DNA of 64,000 nucleotides from Octopus sinensis. Lineage: Eukaryota. Within the stretch, counting starts at the first letter, position 1. The number at the start of each line of letters is the position of its first letter. The notes under the pieces are model-generated. The model made no database searches, was not told the origin of the DNA, and saw only the letters and a list, made by a program, of their open reading frames with translations. The stretch is taken from NCBI RefSeq assembly GCF_006345805.1, contig NW_021834346.1, positions 1-64,000 of the forward strand, read 5' to 3'. The position numbers were made by a program, and so were the translations under genes. Shown here one piece after another: positions 52,078-64,000 of this stretch.

Positions 52078-52269
52078 ATATATTTTAAGAGGAAATGAAA
52101 GTTAATTAAATGTTAATTTTGACTTACTAACCCATATCTTTAATTCCTTCTTTTAAATTTAAAAATTATAAAACAAGATAATTAATTTTTTAAACCCACT
52201 AAAAAACCTACAACGCTTCCAGCATAATTAATAAAGATAACACATTAACAATATTCAACATGGGGATCT

Positions 52270-52530
52270 CTTACCTTCCGGGCTTAGCGTGGCGTTACGG
52301 GGTCCACCATGTCAGTTGGAAATTCCTTCGGATATGGCAACGCTCAGGAGGCACTTAATGCCTTCCGAAAAGGACTTAGCTTCTCAGACCCTGGGACATC
52401 GTCGTCTCAGGCCGATCTTGCGGGAAGGATTGAACCTTTCAGAAGGATCTCCCTCGTTTGGATCGGCGATCACGGGATTAACTATAATTAACTGGCTTGC
52501 CCGTATTGGTCTTTAAATAATAATAATAAT
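52270..52530 (+). mobile_element. LINE 3' terminal fragment between convergent genes
   Basis: GC-rich island whose frame ends ...IINWLARIGL*, immediately followed by (TAA)n. Confidence 0.55.
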
Positions 52531-52551
52531 AACACAAATGATATAAAATAG

Positions 52552-53886
52552 TCAATCAGACAAAAATATCTCATCTGGATTGACATCCCCATCACACCCT
52601 GTATCCCAATAATGTCCCTCATTGGGATCACTCACCCCAAAAACCTCACAAAACCTAACTGTCTGCCAATTAGGTCTAAATCTCCCGTCCGTTACCAACC
52701 CCCTCTTGATATTCTCCACTCCCAAGTCACTCATACAACTAGTCCCCAACAAATCCTCGACTTCCTGTGTCCTAACAATAATTCCCAACACACACTCAAT
52801 TCGCGGAGACACTTCCAAATCTCTAAAATTCATTTTTTGGTATTTTTTAAGAATCTTCAACCATTCCAAATCATATTTGATTTCCATGTCTCCATTGATG
52901 ACATTTGAAGGAATATCCACCACCTTAAACCCCTCAAAAAACCACTTTACCTGCAAAAATCGACGACCAGGCAAACATTTGTCCAATGCCAAAAATCTCG
53001 TTACGTCATCACTCGCCTGTGAAATTGAAAATGTTACGTAACATCAGAATGCTGGACTTGTGCAGCAAAATGGACATGGTAATGAGCAGAAAACCAAAAT
53101 GAAGGTTTTTGTTCGTACAAAATCTTGTTTAAGGGACCACTTCCGAAGGTACCGTTTTTTATATCTTCATAGAAGAACGGCTTCCTTTGAAGTAGTAGAG
53201 ACAAGTCGCCATGAGGACATATCGAAGAAGGCCAATCATGTGATAACATAATATCAATTTTTGACGAATTCTATTTATATTATTTTTTTATTAATTATAT
53301 AATTAAATTAAACATACTTTTAATAAAAGGTTTAGTTCATTTTGTCTGTAGTGGTACACACTCCTAATCGAGGACGGGTTATATGGCGGATATTCCCAAC
53401 GCTTTAGACTGTAATTCCTCATATTAAAAATCCCAGATAAGCCTGCAATTCGAATACCATTAATATTAATAATTCCCACATAGCCTAACAATATATATCC
53501 CCAATACCCATATAGTATATATTTGGGGCCACAAAACCACCAAATGGGAGTTCTTGTAAGTAATTTGAGGCCTCGTGGTTCCCTCCAATAAATATTGTCA
53601 AAATTGGCGCTGTTTTCTGGCCGCTGTAGTATCTTAAACATTTTATTTAATTATAACTTGTGGAAATCCATCATTTTTCTATATTTTTGGGGGACCGACA
53701 TTGAGTCCAAGTCAGAACTATAGAATAGTATTGTTTTATCAATTATTACGGGCATCTAACTGCTTGGAAGTCTCCACATATTAGGATTAGGTCTATTTTA
53801 GTAGATTTTAACTTTTCTAAGTTCTGTACTGTTTCATAAATCTCGTCTAATGCACCGTGACCACAACCAACAACAGCGACTTTCAT
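52552..53886 (-). CDS. DBR1: RNA lariat debranching enzyme, 7 exons
   Basis: [55 protein letters not shown]; introns of 32, 25, 23, 47, 26, 27 nt. Confidence 0.97.
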
Positions 53887-53989
53887 TTTAAATTTATTTT
53901 TTTTAACTATCTTTTTTATTTAAGTTCTAATTTATTTTAATAATATTTATTAATATGCTTAAGACACCCTTGGTACTTTTTTGAGGGTA

Positions 53990-54900
53990 GGAATTCCATA
54001 TATCTGAAAGAGCAGGGAATATGTCTGTGGGAGTGTACGCTGATAGTCCCTCAGTGCACATTCACCTGTCATCAGGAGGTTGATGGCTCTGAATTCATTG
54101 GGATCTCTCATATTGTTGATTCTAGTAGGAATAGACCTGGAAGAATTCTATGATTGATTATATCAAGTTTTTTTTCCGGCAAAACATTGGAGAATTTGAT
54201 ATTCTATATGCTGGGCAATCAACTATCTTGTTTCTAACGTATAAAACAAAGAGTAATTGGATCGAAAATGCAGAGAAAAAAATTCAAAAATTAATGGACT
54301 ATCAAAAATAGTGAAGAGCTACTGTAACCAAACATTCCAACAAGTTATAGAGAGATACACGACAAATCATTTGACGATATTTAAACTCCTTGCACATAAT
54401 AAGGATATGACTGTAAAAATATTGAAAATAGTCCGACAATTTTCCTAAACTGTTGGCTTGGAAATGAATCATTAAAGTCGAAGGATACTGTGACTAAATC
54501 TTGTAAACTTTTTGTGCAATAAACTGTTGCTATATAATTATTATATTGCCTTGATCAACATCGAACTTTTTTATTTTTATTTAATTAATTCCCCAATCGA
54601 AACACGAGAAACTGAACAAATAAAGTCACATAATCCCAACACGTTTCTATAGGGTCTTTATCCTTGCCAGATTTTCCTCACTTGAGCCCGCGCAAGTGCG
54701 GCTTGAATGTATAGCCCTGGTCACCGCGATTGCATTATATCTGTGTCCATATTAAAGCATGAGATCTTCCATGTTCCTAGGAACCGTGAACGTCTTTCTA
54801 GTTTAGCGCTCCGTGAGTGTAAGGGCTCTTTTCAGACTCGCATCAAAATTAATTTACTCAATAACGTACATGCGTACCAGTAACAAAGCACTGGTTGTAT
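53990..54900 (-). mobile_element. Decayed RTE-like LINE remnant
   Basis: FLGTWKI (APE start-like) and DPNEFRAINLL (RT start-like), with many stops. Confidence 0.45.
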
Positions 54901-55149
54901 AAAGACCCAAGTACAGGATGTTTCCAGACATTTAATGGCCAGAAAGACATTTTAAGACGTTGTTTTTCTTTTCAAATGTCGTTAAGACGTTGTTGACTTG
55001 AAAAGAGAAGCACATATGAGTCTCAAGCGTAATTCATATGATATTTTAAGTTCGGCAAAACAAAATTTTGTGGTTGTTCAGTGTAAGATGCACTGACTTT
55101 TTCCAAGTTTTTTATCCCCCGGTAAATATGGAAATCACTGACTTTTGAT

Positions 55150-56330
55150 TACAAGTGAATAGGCAGTTAGCAATGAATTAGTTATCTAATATATTCAAGT
55201 TTTGTCGTAGACTTAATGAAGCAGCCAGGATATCTAAATCTTTTAAAAGGCTAACGATGTTGTCGGTGTAGGAAATCAGGACGTCGACGTTTTCATTATT
55301 ACGGTGAAGACAGATCAGCAATAAAGGGGTTAAACAGTGCAAGCAAGCGCAGGGAATCTTGCGGAACTCAGTTTGGGAGAAGGCGTGACCCAGAAATCTA
55401 TTCTCCCATACAAACTCGTCTTCTCTGACTACTGAGGAAGCTTAGTAGCCATGACTTGAAATTGGCAGGAATTTTTGATATGAATATTTTTTGAATGACG
55501 TGTTTTTTCGATATTGAGTCGAAGAGTAGACTTCTCTTCCTTAAAACCGTATTAAGGAGGAATTGTCAGGGAATGGTGTGTAAAAACTTTGTTCTTTTTC
55601 GGTATTTTTGGTTTCAGGTATGGGCGTAAATAGGCCATTTTCCATAATGAAGAAATTAAGTTTTTGTTGATGGAGTGATTGTAGATTTTGGCTAGAGCCA
55701 AGATATTATGGATTCTAAGATTCTTCAGTAGAATCATTTGGATTTCGTCAGGTCTGCTAAAGTGTTGATTTATGATTTTTACTAACTCCATCACATCCTC
55801 ATCCGTGAAGGCTGTGGTTTCCGGGTTCCGTTTTGGTTTTTGCACATTGATTCAAAAGGAGTAGACTTTTGATAGTCTTTGTGCAAGATTTTTACGTAGA
55901 ACTTCATGATATTGTTGAGCTCCTTTTAGGTGTAGTGACTTTTTAATAGACATTTCTCAGCACAAGTTGTTTTGCAAATAACCTTCCAAGTTTAAGCCGC
56001 CGAAATATTCCTGTTCATAAAGGAGAAGACTCGAGTTCTTTTAAATCCTATAGTTTTATTTTTCTGGTTCGAAACCTTCAGTCAGAGTTCAGCTTCCATA
56101 GTTGGATGGGCTGACTTTTTAAGTTGGATTCTTTCTTTTTTAAGCCTACCGTACCAATTTCTCTTGGAAAGTTGTTATAATGTTGAAAAAAAGACATAAA
56201 ACGACCCTCCGTAATAGAAATGTTGACGTAATTGATTATTCTGTCAAGAGAAGTGTAATCACCCAGAGAAAAGTTCTGCAAGTAATAATCAGCTTGTTCT
56301 GACAAATGTTCTAACACGGATCCTTATACG
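55150..56330 (-). mobile_element. Decayed LINE ORF2 (RT)
   Basis: FTDEDV...PDEIQMILLKNL...IYNHS...WKMA; VPQDS; YTDN. Confidence 0.75.
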
Positions 56331-56400
56331 CGTCAATTACAATTAATCTACAAAATATTTTAATTTAGTTTAACATGATCATTTAATTACAACCTTGTGC

Positions 56401-57470
56401 ATGCCAGTGATAGTGCCTATAACAATTGTCTTAATTTTACTCATATTCGTAATCTACAAAACTCAGCATTCCTCCAAGAGATGCACTAGCACTACAAAAC
56501 TGACTGGCAAGACCGTTATTGTGACAGGAGGGGCAGTCGGTTGGTCGTACTTTCACGACTTAGGGATCGGATATGAAATTACCAAGGATCTGGCTAGAAG
56601 AGAAGCCCGAGTGATCATGGGTTGTATCAACGTCCCAGTAGCAGAACGAGTTGCTTCAGAAATTCCGAAATGACAGGAAATTCAAACATTTCTGTAGTCT
56701 CGTTGGATCTTGCGTCGTTCGATTCCGTCCGTGAATTTGCTGCAAAAATTCGTCAAGAGGAAGAATGTATATACGCACTCATCCACAACGCTGGGCTTAC
56801 TTGTACGTTAAATACCATGCCTACTTTCAGTATTCAGTCACGTGGAAACCGTGGATGGACTCGAAACGGTAATGCAAGTCAATTTTTTCTCTCCATTTTT
56901 GTTAACCCATCTTCTTCTCGGTTTTTCTCAGTTTTAATTCCAGACAAATTGGTGGCCGGACAGCCCAGCAGAGTTGTATTTGTCAGTTCCATGGCTCATA
57001 AAATATCGGGAAAGATAAAGCCTGAGTTGCTTAGCGGGACTGTATTTAACACATTCAAACAGTATGGAAACAGTAAACTATGTCAAATCTATTTTTGCCA
57101 ATACATGGCTCAAAATATGCTAGAAAATGGTTCCCTGTCCTGATTATTTTGACAGTCTCTTTCAATGCCGTTCACCCTGGAACTGTCAATACTAATTTTT
57201 TTCAGAATTTCCCGTTCCCGTATATAGTGGGAAAACTGGCGGCACTGTTCGCTAAGGTTTTCTTACCATTTGAATTTGTAGACACCCGAACAAGGTGCTC
57301 AAACTGTAATATATGCGACGGTGGACGAAGGACTTCAAGTTTCTGGCAAGTATTTGGAGGACTGCCAACTTTCCACACCTTCCAAGGAAGCTTTCGACCC
57401 GAAAATGCAACTTGCAGTGATCGAAGCAGCCAACGCCGTCACGTCTATTAATAAAACAACTTTGTTTTGA
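56401..57470 (+). CDS. Short-chain dehydrogenase/reductase, RDH11-14-like, 6 exons, with one apparent frameshift
   Basis: N-terminal TM anchor, TGGAVG|IG, LDLASFDSV, HNAG, YGNSK, VHPGTV, TPEQGAQT; introns 23-28 nt; 1-nt frame break near 56665. Confidence 0.9.
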
Positions 57471-58099
57471 ATTAATATGCTTTATTACACCGACGCCGTG
57501 GTTTTTCCATGTTTTATTTAAGCGTGAGAATAAATAATAAAAGTAAAGAATTTATTCTGGTTTTCCTTCATCTGAATTCATATCTAAAATAAAACACCCG
57601 TGACGACTAGTGTAGTATTGACGTCGAAGGCCACTAGATTGAAAATGTCAAATATGTGTTTTAGATTCTCCTTTCCAATGATTTCAATGATCTTTTTATA
57701 TGTGTCTTCGCACTAAAAAATTGATATATTATATAATATAAAAAATTTGAGAAATTAGAAAACCAGTTTTTTGCGTGCACCTGTACGTGCTGATTATAGA
57801 CACAAAAATTCAAATAACATGCCTTATATTTAGAGTATGATAAAATAAAAATTACTCTAGTTGAAAAATTACTGAAGTTTTGGGGCGTTATAAATACAAT
57901 CTCTTGGCGGAAAAGCTGTTGAACTTCTTCGACGTTTAAGCAAAAACAATTTCGAAAGGAGATCTGGAACAAAACTTTCGGGTATGATTTAATTGGCGGA
58001 ATGTTGCAAATAAGTAAATTTTCAATTGGAGTGGGTATAGTAATTGCAGAAGCCTCCAAGCATCAATTTCGGTTTAGTTTAGAATTAATACGCCCGTAT

Positions 58100-58490
58100 G
58101 TCTTTCTCGCAGCAAGTGAATGATGTGATCACGAGATGTATGAAGAAACTCAACATACTCGGAGTTTTCTTTCAAAAATCCAGACAGTAGACGAGCCTCG
58201 CAACTTGCGAATCGTCTATAAGCAGTACCGATTGGGAAAAACTTTCGAAAATTCAATCAAGAATCTGCAAGAACCAAACAAAAAACTTAATGCTGCAACT
58301 TTTGAAGAAATCTTGCGAAGAAATGGGGGGATGACATTCGCAATGACACACCTGCCGTGCCCCTACAGAAAATGTGCGGGAATAAGGAAAGAAGTCAGGG
58401 AAAAATGAGGACCCTCCTTAGAGAACCTGGGATCACCTGATTGGCTATTTTGGGTTTTTAGACGGTGTTTTGTGCTGAATAATAATAAAT
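58100..58490 (+). mobile_element. Internally deleted LINE 3' end with (TAA)n tail
   Basis: Near-identical to 28740-28860, then REKMRTLLREPGIT* and AATAATAATAAA. Confidence 0.7.
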
Positions 58491-58494
58491 TTTT

Positions 58495-58790
58495 AAAAAT
58501 AAAAATGTTCTTAATTTATAGAATTAAATATAATATATTATTCACGTTTAAAGCACATTATATTCTTTTCTTCTGTTGTGCATTTCTGTTGTTAATTCTA
58601 ATTTTATCATTTCTCCCAATCAATGTTTTATTTTTATATTATTTTCGTTTTTCATATTTTTGAAGATAAATTAATTTGATTACTGGTAAAATATCCTCAA
58701 TAAAGTTTATTTTGCAAGTGAATTTGTATTTATTTTATCAATTAATTAATCTCATAATATGGATTTTTTAAATAAAATTTATTTCTATCT
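58495..58790 (+). repeat. AT-rich dispersed repeat family copy
   Basis: Colinear with 4075-4370. Confidence 0.8.
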
Positions 58791-59512
58791 ATACTTTTTT
58801 GATTTTTTAATATTTTTTGTCACGGGTTGTATAATGCTCCGGGTTTAAAAAATTCACAAATTTTTATTATCTAATTTTTTTTATAAAAGTCATTTTTTTC
58901 TACGACTTCTATGTACATTTTTGGCTAAATCGTCATTCAATTTTTAAGCTTGCGCACATCTTTAGCCATTTCGGATATTTGAATTGATTCTATAGAAGAA
59001 GAATATGGTTTATTTAATACAATAGCTCCAAAAGAAAAGTGGCCGAGGAATTAGAGCTTAGGGGGCTTGATAACGAGAGCCACCAAGGTCTCAACTCCGG
59101 GAGACTGTCTTATCTCCCTCAGCGAATTCGAGTTTTTGCCAGGATCGCGTCTATCGTGTCAACACTCCGCTCATGCAGGTCCTCCAGCGGACTGCTGAGC
59201 TCCAGGCCGAATGCCAGTTTGATGGCAAATCGTCTGGTTTTTCGATATAATCAGGTTCCCATAATCCTCGAAAGTCGGTTTTTTGTCACGACCCATTGAA
59301 ATCGACCCATTGATTCTATAATACTACGGGTATTTTCAATTATTCGGATTTGAATCAATATCATGTCTGAGTAGTACACTATGTCACCGGTTTTATAGCC
59401 CACCGGGTTGGATAACCCACGATCGAAAAAACTATCAAAAAAATATAAATATAATCTAAAAATCATCTGAAAATATAATTAACTTTGATTTTCTTCTTTT
59501 TATTAGTTTTTA

Positions 59513-60792
59513 CAGTGCATGACAAAAGTAACCGGACAAGCCAAAATTTCCATTATTTTAAGTCATTTTAAAACTTTTTTCACATAAATCACCCTTTGTA
59601 CATTAATTTACACGAAAAACAATTTTTTACATTTTTAATTTAATCTTTTTTTCAATTGTACATTAAATTTAAAATTTTTCTTTTCATATATGCCCAGACG
59701 TGCTCAATGGGATTGAGATCAGGTGACTGGGCGGGCCATGAAAGAACTTTGATTTGATTTTCGTTGAAATATTCCGTCACAATTTTGCTTTGTGGCAGGG
59801 AGCATTGTCCTGTTGGAATGTGAAATCCGTTAAATTCATTTTTGCTGCAGATTCCATCAGGTTATTCGTCAACAAATTCACATATCGTCCACTGTTTAAC
59901 GTACCATCAAAAAAAAACTAAATTCCCCACTCCGTTGTATGAGATACATCCCCAAACCATTGTTTTACATTTCCATGTTTTACAGTTGGCAAGATATATC
60001 TAAATAAATATCAAATCAACTACTTTAAGGATTCCCCTTTCTTTCGGTAAACTATTCGAGATTTTTTATGCATAGATAATTGAAAAATTGATTCGTCTGA
60101 GAAAATTGTTCTCTTCCATTCTGCGTCCGAAATCATTAAAAAAATTTTAGATATGTTCCATCTATCCTTAACATTTTTTTTGGAGAGAAGGGTCTTTTCA
60201 TGGTTAATCTCCCAAAAATAATTATTTTCATTCAATAAACGAATTATTGTCCTTTTGGAAATGTCTTTTCCAAACTTTTCATGTACAAAGGAACGTAAAA
60301 CGTTTGAACTTTCATATGGATTTTCTACACTATGAGCAGTTAGCTCATCAGTTTCAATCTTAGAAAGTATTCTAGCTTTCCCAGAAACTGGAAGTCGTGA
60401 AATTATCATATTTTTCTTGTATTTTTCAAAAAATCGTGGATCGTCGATTTTTTGGTACAAGTAAGAGTGCTAATGCGTCTGATAGACATTCCTTGATTTT
60501 TAAAAACAATTATTTGTCCTTAAAACAAAATCTGACATGTGCTTACCCCTAAAAAAAAGGTTAAAAAAATGTAATTTTGGCGAAAAACTGAAAAGTGTCC
60601 GGTTACTTTTGTCACCTACATTTAATAAGTGTGCTTTAAATTTAATGGATTATTCAAAAAAAAAAATTAAAAAAGTAAATATATTATTTAATAAATATTT
60701 TAATTAATAAGAAGCTATTTTTTTAAAAAAGCATTAAAATTGGCTTAAATAATGGAAATTTCGGCTTGTCCGGTTACTTTTGTCGTGCACTG
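59513..60792 (-). mobile_element. Tc1-family transposon, both TIRs present
   Basis: TIRs CAGTGCAYGACAAAAGTAACCGGACAAGCC and TA TSD; extra internal copy of the TIR core at about 60597; motifs IFSDES, QDNAPCH, WPAQSPDLNPIEHVW. Confidence 0.93.
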
Positions 60793-60859
60793 TATATTTC
60801 TGCCTGTTGCATAAATCACACATCATTCATTTGTGCTTTACATTTTTAAAATAAATAAA

Positions 60860-60990
60860 AGTTCCTTCGCAAGCTCGGAGCCATAATCTCAATGCGCACC
60901 CATGATCCTCGGGAGGCGGACTGGCTAATGCAACGGTTCTCGATCGCCATTATCCGGGGAAACTATTTATTTAATGCGAGTCAATAAAAA
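60860..60990 (+). mobile_element. CRE-clade extreme 3' end
   Basis: KFLRKLGAIISMRTHDPREADWLMQRFSIAIIRGN...* then A-rich tail. Confidence 0.8.
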
Positions 60991-61031
60991 ATAAGAATTA
61001 ATTCATTTAAAAAAAATTCAAAATTTTAATC

Positions 61032-64000
61032 AAATGCACGTTTGATACTGTTTCTCCATGAAAAATAAAGTAAATGAAGAACAATCTACTTAAATGCACG
61101 TTTGATACTGTTTCTCCATGAAAAATAAAGTAAAAGAGGAACAATCTACTTAAATGCACGTTTAATACTGTTTCTCCATGAAAAATAAAGTAAAAGAGGA
61201 ACAATCTACTTAAATGCACGTTTGATACCGTTTTGCCATAAAAAATAAAGTAAAAGAGGAACAATCTTTCTTAAATGCACGTTTGATACCGTTTCTCCAT
61301 AAAAAATAAAGTAAATGAGGAACAATCTACTTAAATGCACGTTTGATACTGTTTCTCCATGAAAAATAAAGTAAAGAGGAACAATCTACTTAAATACACG
61401 TTTGATACTGTTTCTCCATGAAAAATAAAGTAAATGAGGAACAATCTACTTAAATGCACGTTTGATACTGTTTCTCCATGAAAAATAAAGTAAAAGAGGA
61501 ACAATCTACTTGAATGCACGTTTGATACCGTTTCTCCATAAAAAATAAAGTAAATGAGGAACAATCTTTCTTAAATGCACGTTTGATACCGTTTCTCCAT
61601 AAAAAATAAAGTAAATGAGGTACAATCTTTCTTAAATGCACGTTTGATACCGTTTCTCCATAAAAAATAAAGTAAAAGAGGAACAATTTACTTAAATCAC
61701 GTTTGATACCGTTTCTCCATAAAAAATAAAGTAAAAGAGGAACAATCTACTTAAATGCACGTTTGATTCCGTTTCTCCATAAAAAATAAAGTTAGTGAGG
61801 AACAATCTTTCTTAAATGCACGTTTGATACCGTTTCTCCGTAAAAAATAAAGTAAAGAGGAACAATCTACTTAAATGCACGTTTGATACCGTTTCTCCAT
61901 AAAAAAAAAGTAAATGAGGAACAATCTTTTTTAAATGCACGTTTGATACCGTTCTCCATAAAAAATAAAGTAAAAGAGGAACAATCTAGTTAAATGCACG
62001 TTTGATACCGTTTCTCCATAAAAAATAAAGTAAAAGAGGAACAATCTTCTTAAATGCACGTTTGATACCGTTTTCTCCATAAAAAATAAAGTAAAAGAGG
62101 AACAATCTATTTAAATGCACGTTTGATACCGTTTCTCCATAAAAAAAAAGTAAAAGAGGAACAATCTAGTTAAATGCACGTTTGATACCGTTTCTCCATA
62201 AAAAATAAAGTAAATGAGGAACAATCTTTCTTAAATGCACGTTTGATACCGTTTTCTCCATAAAAATAAAGTAAAAGAGGAACAATCTAGTTAAATGCAC
62301 GTTTGATACCGTTTCTCCATAAAAAATAAAGTAAATGAGGAACAATCTTTTTAAATGCACGTTTGATACCGTTTCTCCATAAAAAATAAAAAGTAAAGTA
62401 AAAGAGGAACAATCTAGTTAAATGCACGTTTGATACCGTTTCTCCATAAAAAATAAAGTAAATGAGGAACAATCTATTTAAATGCACGTTTGATACCGTT
62501 TCTCCATAAAAAATAAGTAAAAGAGGAACAATCTTTCTTAAATGCACGTTTGATACCGTTTCTCCGTAAAAAATAAAGTAAATGAGGAACAATCTTTCTT
62601 AAATGCACGTTTGATACTGTTTCTCCAAAAAAAAAGTTAAAGTAAAAGAGGAACAATCTAGTTAAATGCACGTTTGATACCGTTTCTCCATAAAAAATAA
62701 AGTAAAAAGAGGAACAATCTATTTAAATGCACGTTGATACCGTTTCTCCATAAAAAATAAAGTAAAAAGAGGACACAATCTCTTTAAATGCACGTTTGAT
62801 ACCGTTTCTCCGTAAAAAATAAAGTAAATGAGGAACATCTTTCTTAAATGCACGTTTGATACTGTTTCTCCATAAAAAATAAAGTAAAAGAGGAACAATC
62901 TAGTTAAATGCACGTTTGATACCGTTTCTCCGTAAAAAATAAAGTAAATGAGGAACAATCTTTCCTAAATGCACGTTTGATACCGTTTCTCCATAAAAAA
63001 TAAAGTAAAAGAGGAACAATCTAGTTAAATGCACGTTTGATACCGTTTCTCCATAAAAAATAAAGTAAAAGAGGAACAATCTACTTAAATGCACGTTTGA
63101 TTCCGTTTCTCCATAAAAAATAAAGTTAGTGAGGAACAATCTTTCTTAAATGCACGTTTGATACCGTTTCTCCGTAAAAAATAAAGTAAAAGAGGAACAA
63201 TCTAAGTAAATGCACGTTTGATACCGTTTCTCCATAAAAAATAAAGTAAATGAGGAACAATCTTTTTTAAATGCACGTTTGATACCGTTTCTCCATAAAA
63301 AATAAAGTAAAAGAGGAACAATCTAGTTAAATGCACGTTTGATACCGTTTCTCCATAAAAAATAAAGTAAAAGAGGAACAATCTATTTAAATGCACGTTT
63401 GATACCGTTTCTCCATAAAAAATAAAGTAAAAGAGGAACAATCTTTCTTAAATGCACGTTTGATACCGTTTCTCCATAAAAAATAAAGTAAAAGAGGAAC
63501 AATCTACTTAAATGCACGTTTGATACTGTTTCTCCATGAAAAATAAAGTAAAAGAGGAACAATCTACTTAAATACACGTTTGATACTGTTTCTCCATGAA
63601 AAATAAAGTAAATGAGGAACAATCTACTTAAATGCACGTTTGATACTGTTTCTCCATGAAAAATAAAGTAAAAGAGGAACAATCTATTTAAATGCACGTT
63701 TGATACCGTTTCTCCGTAAAAAATAAAGTAAAAGAGGAACAATCTATTTAAATGCACGTTTGATACCGTTTCTCCATAAAAAATAAAGTAAAAGAGGAAC
63801 AATCTACTTAAATGCACGTTGATACTGTTTCTCATGCAAAGAAAAAAGAGTAAAAGAGGACAATCTACTTAAATACACGTTTGATACTGTTTCTCCATGA
63901 AAAATAAAGTAAATGAGGAACAATCTACTTAAATGCACGTTTGATACTGTTTCTCCATGAAAAATAAAGTAAAAGAGGAACAATCTACTTGAATGCACGT
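61032..64000 (+). repeat. 60-bp tandem satellite, about 49 copies, running off the window
   Basis: Consensus AAATGCACGTTTGATACCGTTTCTCCATAAAAAATAAAGTAAAAGAGGAACAATCTACTT. Confidence 0.98.

Noticed and set aside
52261-52510. Structured ncRNA (RNase P/MRP, SRP or telomerase RNA) suggested by stems such as GCCGATC/GATCGGC
   Set aside because: No complete CR-I/CR-V pair, SRP helix-8 motif or telomeric template; the frame ending LARIGL* plus a (TAA)n tail fits a LINE 3' end.
54660-54845. RNase P/MRP-like RNA (TTCAGAC, GGGCTCA, GNRA hairpin)
   Set aside because: Partner motifs are missing, and the minus strand reads as a decayed APE endonuclease start.
57661-58059. 132-aa minus-strand ORF
   Set aside because: No recognisable motif and low-complexity AT-driven composition; unsupported.
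60860-60960. U4 snRNA-like K-turn
   Set aside because: Translates cleanly as the CRE C-terminus (QRFSIAIIRGN).
61007-63998. ORFs with a 20-aa hydrophobic repeat, or a CRISPR-like array
   Set aside because: By-product of a 60-bp unit lacking stops in one frame, broken by frequent indels; there are no unique spacers.

Overview
AT-rich eukaryotic genomic DNA; most of the window is intact, nested or decayed transposable elements. The MEINOX+TALE homeobox gene indicates an animal, the ciliary genes (RSPH10B-like, axonemal dynein remnant) indicate it makes motile cilia, and nearly all introns are 23-35 nt. That combination suggests a reduced ciliated metazoan such as a dicyemid or orthonectid (inference only). 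The tiny introns hide real genes from the ORF track. Host genes reconstructed by hand: an RSPH10B-like MORN protein (46438-48885), a miniature Meis/PKNOX-type homeobox gene (51320-52077), DBR1 (52552-53886) and an RDH11-14-like SDR (56401-57470). There are also two paralogous 5-exon genes for an unrecognised small secreted protein (12805-13222, 19302-19755). Their introns and N-termini are near-identical, but their C-terminal exons are hypervariable with the frame preserved; this is my best candidate for an undescribed system. Mobile DNA includes Tigger/pogo, Tc1, several hAT families, Ginger2-like elements with 5-bp TSDs (some carrying host-size introns), CRE-, RTE-, R4- and I/Jockey-like LINE fragments, and tRNA-derived SINEs. 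A multi-layer transposon nest spans 29.1-36.4 kb, a telomere-like G-rich tract sits inside a MITE at 43.65-43.84 kb, and a 60-bp satellite runs from 61032 off the end of the window. All assignments are by eye from motifs; no searches were run.
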